This document shows positions 21,279-31,623 of a stretch of 64,000 nucleotides of DNA, one piece after another; the first letter of the stretch is position 1, and every line of letters starts with the position of its first letter. The notes under the pieces were generated by a model. That model did not search any database, was not told the DNA's origin, and saw nothing but the letters and a program-made list of their open reading frames with translations. This stretch comes from Schmidtea nova (Eukaryota): positions 196,044,001 to 196,108,000 of the forward strand of contig CM097882.1 in NCBI GenBank assembly GCA_044892505.1, given 5' to 3'. A program made the translations under genes and the position numbers.

Positions 21279-24200
21279 AAGAAAACGCAGAACAATGATT
21301 TGATGTGTGTTTAATGTATTTAGTTTTTTTTTCATTTAGTTTTTAGTTTTGTAATTTTAGTTTTGTCATTTTAGCTTAATACAAGTTTATTATTCATTTT
21401 AGTTTTCATTTATTTAAATATTAATAGTTTATCTTTTATTAAATCATTTTTTTTTTTTATTTTTTTTTTTTAATAGTAGTAGTAGTAGTAGTAGTATTTT
21501 ATTAACTGTATATAAAAAAAGTAAATAGTTTTTATTAAATAATAATTAGTAAGAAATTGTTTTATGTAAGATAATTATAATTATAATAATAATAATAATT
21601 ACGAAATAAACAAATAAGTAAATACATTAGTAGCAGAACATTGCGAACAGAACCCTGGACGTAGAACTTATTCTGTGATTGTTTTTATATGAAAAAGCTT
21701 CATAATAAATAATTAAAACATGCATGCATACAACAAAGACATTGCAATACATGTGCATACTGTGTGCAAAACAAATGCATGAATACGATTGGACAAAGAC
21801 ATCCAGTCATCAGTATAAATACAAAGACATTTTATAAAATATTGTCACTATTTACAACATGCAATCACGAAAACAAAATTTGGATATAAGCGAAGAAAAA
21901 ATATATCAGACTGAGGTAAAACCAGTTCAGATGTACTATGACAGCCGACTTTATTTTTTGGTTAATGAAATACCGTATCGATTATCATATCCGGTAAAGT
22001 TAACAAAATCTTTATATGATAGTCTTGCTGTAATTATTGCCAAGGAAGATATTATCGCATTAAATCGAATATTTTCAAAGATGAATGTTAATTTGACATG
22101 TAAAGAAACAATGTACATCAATAACAGAAAAACTCGGTTTCATGATGCTTTTCAAACTATTGATTTCATGGATCAAGAACACTGGTTCGTTACAGTTATT
22201 ATTCAAGGGTACAAGATTGATAAAAAAGATGTTGTTACTCCGATTTGGAGAGTTGACAATGCAAGATACGCATAATTGTTTTTTAATAAATATTTTAGTA
22301 TGAACAAATTTAGTTTTTATATTAGTTTTTGTTTTTAAAATGAAATTAATTATAGTTATTTTATTATTATTATGTGTTGACAATACTGAAGGAGAACAAG
22401 CTTTGGAGGATTGTCAATCATCCCATCCGTTTCGAAAACAAGATAGTACTTGCGCGAGTTATAACGATATATGTCTTTACTCAAACATTGAATGCAATCA
22501 AATAAAATTACAATGTAATCAATGTCCTTCCAAAAATAATGTGATTAATAAAGATATTGAAAAAATGATTGACAAAATAATGATGAAAATAGTTGAACGA
22601 TTAAAATGTATAAATCAAACTATTGTTAAAAAAGAATATGAAGTCAGATATCAAAATCAAACAGTTGAAAACGAAAAAACATCAATTGTTTTACATTATA
22701 TAAGTTTATTTATATTAATAATTATACTGATGTTATCGGCATCCATACGGCTGGAGAAGATTTCAAATATTCCAAAGAATAATATTCCGACAAATACTAG
22801 TATTCCGATGAATAATATTACAATGAATAATATTCCGATGAATAATATTCCGAGTAACAATTCAGATGTAAATAATTTTGAAACTAAATTTTGTACACGT
22901 ACACAACGATATATTTATAAATAAATTTTGTCTTTTTTAATGTCTTTGTTTATGTGTTGCACGCATGTGTCTTTGTTTAGTTTGCATGTGTGTTGCAATG
23001 TCTTTGTTCATGTTGCACGCGTGTTGCAAAGTCCTTGCACGTGTGTTGCAATGTCTTTGTTCATGTTGCATGTGTATTGCAATGTCTTTGTTAACTTGCA
23101 CACGTGTTGCAATGTCTTTAGTTTGAAAAAATAATAATTAAATGTAGCAGAACATTTAGTATCAGAACCCTGGAAGAAGAACATTGCGATCAGAACCCTG
23201 GAAGCAGAACATTGCGATCAGAACCCTGGAAGCAGAACATTGCGATCAGAACCCTGGAAGAAGAACATTGCGATCAGAACCCTGGAAGCAGAACATTGCG
23301 ATCAGAACCCTGGAAGCAGAACATTGCGATCAGAACCCTGGAAGCAGAACCTCTTCTGTGATGGTTTTGAAGTGCAAAAGCTTCATACTTGACAAATAAT
23401 AGTTAATTAAACATGCACACATATAAAAATGTCTTTGTTTGCACACCTGTTGTAAATATTTTTTATTACTCGAATTTTGTCTTTTAAAAAAAATTTAACC
23501 AAAAATAATTTATCTTAAAAAAAAAAAAAAATCGTCTTTAAAAATTAGTATAAAAAAATTTTGGCCTAAAAAAAAAAAAAATTTTTGAAAAAAAAAAATT
23601 GTAAAAAAATTTTTGAAAAAAAAAATTTGGTGCGAAAAAAAATTTTTGAAAAAAAAATTTGCCGCGAAAAAAAATTATTGAAAAAAAAAATTTGGCGCGA
23701 AAAAAATTTTTGAAAAAAAAATTTGGCGCGAAAAAAATTTTTGAAAAAAAAAAATTTGGCGCGAAAAAAAATTTTTGAAAAAAAAAATTTGGCGTGAAAA
23801 AAATTTTTAAAAAAAAAAATTATGACTCATCGATGACTCATCGATGACTCATCAAAAAAAAAAAAAAGTATGACTCATCGATGACTCATCGATGACTCAT
23901 CGATGACTCATCGATGACTCATCAAAAAAAAAAATTTTTCTACCCCCTCCCCCCGGGGGGAGGGGGGGGTCTTTGTTCTTTTTTTTCCGCCCACGCATGA
24001 GTCATAATGTCTTTGTTCCCGGCTCCACACATCTACCTACTAAATATAATAAATCAATAAATTTCATATTAATAATTGTATGATTATAGATCACGAACAT
24101 TTTTTGGTTGTTAGGTACACGATATTTTAGCATAGCCTTTATACACAGTTGATACATTAAAATTAAAAAAATTGATCTATAGTCATACAATGCTTATTGT

Positions 24201-24361
24201 GAGAATTATTGATTTAAATAAAAAGAGATCAAAGGTGAAACCAAAATATAATTATCATAAATAATGTAAATTTGGTAAGTTTATAAGAAATTATTAATCT
24301 TTTTATAAAAAATTAAAATACGAACCGGAGGAACGATATTTAAGTACATTTGTACAAGATT

Positions 24362-24437
<76 letters not shown>

Positions 24438-27400
24438 TGGGCACACATTAAATATATTAACCCTAAAGATAGGTAATGAACAAAAAACGTTAAATATATA
24501 TACTTAGTTAACAATTTTAAGTAATTTAACTTCATTAATTCATGAATTTTTCATTATAAAATTAAAGAAATACCAACATGAAGTCGTTTTATAAAAGTAA
24601 TTGAGAAAGTTTTTAAGTATATGAGTAGCTAGAAGGGTGCTCTTTGGCTCAAGACGGAATGACTCATCGATAAGGCAACGAGTCATTATGTTGATTCATA
24701 CATCTGATAGAAGGTGAGTCAGGCTACAAGATTATGGGTCATAAATTTTGTATGACTTATGGTCTTTGTTCTATAAAGCGCAAAAATGGTCCTGTCAAAA
24801 ATATCGATGACTCATCATTTTTATAACAAAGAACTTTTCAAAAAATCTTTATCTTTTTAGTTCCCCATGAAATCTTTTAATTTTTCAGAAATCGAATTAA
24901 AAAGTTTCTTTGTATGAGTCATGTATTTAGTATGACTTATCATTTTTCGAAAATCTTTTGAAGTCCGTTTAACAAAGACCTTTTTTCAAAATTTTTCTAT
25001 GTTGAAACAAATTCATGACTCATACAAAGAAAACTTTTATTCGATTTTTGGAAGAATTCAAAAATTTCACGGTGGGGGCACTAAAAAATTTTTTTTGAAA
25101 AGTTCTTTTTTTATAAAAATGATGAGTCATCCATATTATTACCACTTTTACACTTTATAGAACAAAGATCATGAGTCATACGGTCGGCTATGACGCATCA
25201 TCTTATAGCCTGACTCACCTTCGTCGATGAGTCATTTCGTCTTTAGCCAAAGAGCACTCTTCTCACTACTTATATGAATTTTGTTGGGCCGCATTAAAAG
25301 CCGTCCTGGGCCGCGGGATGGACACGCTTGTTTTAAATGATCTTATCAGTTGTTTAATTTGTATTATTTTGCAATGTCTTTTTACGAACTCACACATTTT
25401 AAAAGTTAAGAACTAGTTTCATATTATAAATACCAACGGAATGAGATAAAGTAAAAAACGAATTTTGTTTGTCGTATAATTTTATTAAATAACAATAAAA
25501 AAATTTCATCGATATAAATAATTTTGACACTTAAATTGTTGGATTGCGGAACCTTCTGTAATGTGGATACGGAATTATTCAGTGTTTCAGCAATAGTAAT
25601 TCACTATTGAAATATCTTATGAAAAATATGTACTAAAAAATTTAACGAAAAAATTCTATCAGTGGCACACTTTTTTATAAATTGTTCCGCAGGTTGAGTG
25701 TTAATGTAAAATACAGTATGAATTAAATATTATACTATTAATTTAATTAATGTTTATATTTATTTATTATAGAATCAGGCGCATGTATCTAAACTAGCAT
25801 AGCTCAGCCAATTACACCCTCTTTTAAAATATGCAATAAAACTGTCATGTATATTTATATGGTAACATTTTCGTACTATTTTATGTCTTTAAGTCAGTTT
25901 TTATATGGTCTTAAAAATCAATTGGAAGCAAATATGAAATTGAGTGCTTTGGAAATAGATTTTATCTTATTGTAGTTTAATTAGTTAAGCCCTCTAAATT
26001 TAGTGTTTTTTATTTTATATATTTATAAGTAACATGCAGCGGCGTATTTACCTGTATGCAGATTAGGCATTTGCCTAGGGCCTCGGATTTATAAGGGCCT
26101 CCAAAATACAAAAAAAAATTATAATTTTTTTTTTAAAAAAAAACAATAGTCGTAGCATTTTACATTTTAAACTTTAACAGTTTTAAAATTTTCAGAGTTT
26201 AAAACCTTTTGGGGCCTCAATTTCAATTTACAAAATAAAATTAGTAGGCCTTTACAAAATAAAATATATGATATACAAAATATTGCTTGGATGTTGCTTT
26301 TTTCCTTTTTGAATATGTTCAAATTCTTTTACTTATAAGAATTTATAAGAAAAAATAACAAATAGGATAAAAGCAACATCCAAGCAAGGTTTGAATTTTT
26401 ATATTTTGAATATAATATATTTTATTTTGTAAAGGCCTACTAATTTTATTTTATAAATTGAATTTGAGGCCCCAAAAGGTTTTAAACTCTGAAAATTTTT
26501 AAACTGTTAAAGCTTAAAATGTAAACTCTGAAAAATTAAAAAGAAAAATAATAAAATTATTTTTAAAAAAAAAACAATAGTCGTATCATTTCATATGCAA
26601 TTTCATTTCATTTATTGTTTGAATTTTGTTACGTTAACATCAAATTTTCGTTGCATGATTTTGAATATTGCAAATAAATATTTGTACGTATTGATTATTA
26701 GCATAATTTTGATTTTAGATTGATATTTTCCGAATAACCAACAGTTTTTTTTAAAACTACCAAAACCAATCGTTGTTGCTTCTTGCTTTCGTCATTTAAT
26801 ATTTCATAATTCACTCGACAATTATTCCATTTTATTTTTTTAAAAAAATATTGACAATTATACGTTAAAATGAAAAGAACTTTCGAGTCTGGCGCACAAA
26901 AACGATTGCGAAAAAAAATTCAATTGAAGGAAAACGAAAAGCAAAGAAACTCCCTTGCTAAATTTATGTCTTTGGATAAAAATGTTCCATCTACCAGTAC
27001 TGCGGCTGCAGATAAAACTGTTTCACTACCAGTAATAGCTGATAGCGATGTTAATCTTTCGATAAACAGTCTTTGTGCAGAAGTAGGTGCAAGTGATAAT
27101 TGCGTTGCCACTACCAATGACATTGAGGTTGAAATTGAGAGTGAAGTAGTAAGTACAAATACTTATCCTATCTTTACTGACATTGGTTTATGGCCAAAAA
27201 TAATTACTAATGATGTGATTAAACATTGTATCTGTATAAAACCCAAAAATGTGGGAGATTTAGAGTCTTCTAAAAAATGTTATAAAGATAACAATGATCA
27301 ACAAATATACCGAAAATTAAATGATGTACATTTTTATACGACTAAAATAAACGGAGTCCAAGAGCTAAGAGAATGGTTGATTTATTCTGAAACAACGAAA

Positions 27401-30400
27401 TCTGTTTATTGCTTTGCTTGTAAACTATTTAGTAAAAAATCTAATGTTCTAGTTTCAGGATATTCAGATTAGAAAAATATTGTAGACGTTTTGAAAAGAC
27501 ATGATGAGTCGAAAGAACATAAAAGTTGTATGTGTGCTTATGTTCGTCGTGCTAAAATAAGTGGTCGCATCGATTCCAAACTTTTACAGGTAATAGAAAA
27601 AGAGTCAATTTATTGGCGAGAGGTATTAAAACGAGTCGTTGCTACAGTTAAACTTTTGGGAAGTTTGGGTTTAGGGTTCAGAGGACATGATAATTCTTCC
27701 AAAGGCAATTTTTTCAGCTGTATTGAATATTTGGCTGAATTTGATGACTTCTTAAAGGTTCACTTAGAAAAATACAGTAATTGCGGAAGTGGGCATGTTA
27801 ATTATTTATCTAAAAGCACGTGTGATGAATTTATAGAACTTATGGGCAAAACCGTACAAAAATCCATTGTTGATGAAATAAACCAAGCTAACTATTTTGC
27901 TCTTATAGTTGATTCCACGCCTGATGCAAGCCATACTGACCAGTTAACTATTATTATCAGGTACGTAGATCTGGATCAAAAAATTCAAGAAAGGTTCATA
28001 TGTTTTATTTCGATTGAACATCATGATGCAACATATTTAGAAAAAACGATTTTGTCCGCCTTGTCAGAATTAGGGTTGAACATTAATAATTGCCGGGGAC
28101 AAACGTATGATAATGCTGCGAACATGTCAGGCATTTATAACGGTCTCCTAGCCAAAATTAAATGTTATAACAAAAATGCTGAATTTGTACCTTGCGCAGG
28201 ACATTCTTTAAATGTAGTTGGAAATACAGCAGCAGATTGTTCTTCTAAAGCTATTAGATTCTTTGATTTTATTCAAAATTTATTTGTTTTTTTTCCTCTT
28301 CGACAAAGAGATGGGATCAGCTAAGGAATACTGATCAAAAATTAAGCCATAGTTTAAAACGTATATGCGACACTCGATGGTCATCTAGAGCTGAAGCTGT
28401 ATTAACTGTAAGAATGAATTTTTCTTCCATAAAAACTGTTCTTGGTGAAATTTGTATTAACCCATCTGAAAAACCCATAGCAAAAATTGAGGCGAAAAAA
28501 TTACATAGCAGTTTTGAAGATTTAGAGACGGCTCTGTTATTGATTTTTTGGAATACGCTATTGCAAAGAATCAATGCGTCCTTAACAATAAGTCCTTACA
28601 AAGCAAAGAATGTAACTTACAAAAAGGAACATATTTATTGAAATCTTTATCAGAATTCATACTTATTATTCGAACTAATGATGCATATTTTCACCAAATG
28701 GAAAAAGAAGCAATCGAATTATCTGGTAGTACAGAATACTCAACAGCAAAAAATCGAAACAGGAAAAGAAAAATACTATTCGATGAAACTTCTGATAATG
28801 ACACAATTTTATGTGGGAAAGAACTATTCAAAGTTGAAACATTTTACTCAATTTGTGATACTTTAAACTCTGAAATAAAAAGAAGGTCTGTAGTTTATGA
28901 CAAGGTATTAGAAAGTTTCTAATATTTGTTGATTTAGATTTGCCTGAAGAAAAATTTGCTCAGTGTGTATCAAATTTAGCTGAACACTATAAAGATGACA
29001 TAAATCAATTAGTATTCAAAGATGAGGTTGAACAGTTCCTTTATTTTGTAAAATTGGAAAAATTATTAACACTTCCTGAAATGTATGCATCAATTCTGGA
29101 AGGTTTATCATCAACATTTCCAAACGTTGAAATAATCCTAAAAATTTTTTTAACAATCCCAATTGCAAATGCGTCTGGTGAGAGATAATTTAGCATTCTT
29201 AAGCGGGTCAAAAACTATCTAAGGACGTCACTTGGCCAAAAAAAACTAAATCACTTAGCTATCATGGCAATTGAAAGCGATCTAGACAAAAAAATTAACT
29301 ATGACTCCTTAATTGATAATTTTGCAAATAATAAATCACGAAAAAAAATATTATAAATGGGCTTTCTTTGGTCAAAATTTAGAAACTAAGCCATGAAAAA
29401 AAAATATTTATTATTTAAAAAAAAAATCTTAGAGGGGCCACAATAATTGATTTTTGCCTTGGGCCTCAATTTGTTAATATCCGCCTCTGGTAACACGGGA
29501 TATCGGGGTATATCAAATATGACTCCCAGTTTTCCTACTTAAAAATCATAAACCTGTGAAAAACTTTAATTAATATTTTTCATTGAAAATAAAGTTGGAA
29601 GTGGTAAAACAAAATTCAAATATAAAATTATGGATTTGTCTACTTTGTTAAAATTATATTCTAATCAAAAGTATATATTTCTAATAACGTATAATGAAAC
29701 CGAAGAAGCTGTCTTAGAATTGCATTGCAAAAAGTCATATAAAAAAAAAAAGTCATATATAAAAAAAAAGTCATATATATCTATAATATTTATGAAAATT
29801 TCTCTATTTCATTTTTTAGGCAACTACAACATAGTTTTTTTTTCATTCTTTACATAATTACGATAAAACAATCAAAATAATTGCGTTTTTGTAATAATAG
29901 TAAATTAAAATTTTGGTTTCGGAGTAATTATATATTTTAGATATTCAAACAACGGTGAATTTCTGAGTATTGAAGATCTATTACTATTTCTTGAAGCAGA
30001 ACAAGGAGTTAGTTTTGAGTAATTTTGAATAAATTACATTTATTATATTTTTTAATAATTATGTTTGTTATTTAATATTATTTATTGTTTTTATAATTAG
30101 TTGTTAGATCTGCTCACTTCGAACACTTTTCTATTTGTTCCATTCATATTTTAGTTAATGGAATAAATGCTACTATGTTTGCAAGTTACAGATTATCTGT
30201 AGGACCTTGCATATTCAAGTGATGTGGTATTCAGTGTACCAGGTATGGTATTTAACAAAGATCTTTCGACTTTGTTTTATACTTACTTGTCGCAGAGAGA
30301 AATTTTTGCGTCTCCTGCATAGCACTAACGAGAGCCAAAAGCTCGAAACTAGTCTGCTATTGGGGATTTGCACTGGGTATCACAAAGTTTTACTTGTTAA

Positions 30401-31548
30401 AATACTTTTATAGAAATTTATAATAAATTTAACTAGCCCTTAGACTGGCAATTCTAAAGCAATTGAGTGTTTTTTCGTGTGTATATCTTATTTAAGCTTA
30501 TTAAAGTTTAGTCATGTATAATTTTATTTTAAATGAAGAGGGGTGTAGAACTCTATCCAATATGGGTTACTGGTTGGTATCATATGTCCGAATGTTATTC
30601 TAGTCAAGATATAAAGAAACAATTAGGGCACAGAAAATGTTTAAAAATATTGTACACAATATTTTTTTTCATCTTAAATTTATATTTTTTTATGTATGTT
30701 ACGTTGATAAACAACTGTTTCCCTGCAAAACTCAGTAAAGTCCTTCAATCTAAGGACTAAACATCGGGCGATTAATCATAAATCATTGGAACTGCAGATT
30801 ATGAGTTTTATAATTGTTTTTTACCACTTGTATCTATATTACCTTCAATGGGACAGATTTATCCCATTGGTTGTCTGAGGATTAAGAAATGCGAAATAAA
30901 TTTTCATAAATAATGTTATGTATTTAATTTATAATATTCAGTTCTCATTTTGTTAATCAGATAATATAGCAAAGTTTTAAATATAATTTTTTATGGTTTT
31001 TTAATCTAATTTAAAAATATTAGGTCTTATTTTAAAATATTATTAATATTATTTTTTATGTTAATTCTTTTTATATTTACTACAATAGATTATTTTAAAT
31101 TAAATTAAAATTATTGCCAATATTGCATAATTCTAAAAATATTTTTACGAATTTTCGGCAGTCATTTTCAAGTGTGTATTTTTTAATACAGAAAAGGCTG
31201 TGCGAAAAATTTGTGTTACTTTATAAAGAAATATTTATCTTTTTTAAAAGTAATGAGAATTTCTGAAATAGATACGAAAAGATAAATGGTGAAAATAAAG
31301 ATGTTAATTATTAGAAATATTGTCTAATATTAAAGCACAAGTTATTAAAACTATTCAAATTTATTATTTTGTCTTTAGTTTGTTTTTAAGTAATATATTC
31401 ATTGTATTTTAATTACATTATTAAAAATTTAATTAATTTTAGATGACTGGAATTACAAAAGAATTTTGTATAGAACTTATTCAAACTTACGAACCATCCA
31501 GTGAAGGCAAACAGAAAGGACAATTAGGAATCGATGGTAAATACTACT

Positions 31549-31623
<75 letters not shown>

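Larger units (their letters stand above)
5710..24041. mobile_element. Polinton/Maverick (adintovirus-like endogenous dsDNA virus), full length, about 18.3 kb
   Basis: Termini AGTAGGTAGATGTGTGGAGCC and GGCTCCACACATCTACCTACT; 6-bp TSD AAATAT at 5704-5709 and 24042-24047; long TIRs; full core gene set. Confidence 0.97.

Noticed and set aside
23161-23350. 28-bp direct repeats as a CRISPR array
   Set aside because: Units are contiguous with no unique spacers, lie inside a eukaryotic TIR, and no cas genes are present.
22928-23399. 68-aa and 71-aa ORFs in the TIR (mirror at 6508..6714)
   Set aside because: They are translations of ACAAAGACAT and 28-bp repeats with no independent coding signal.
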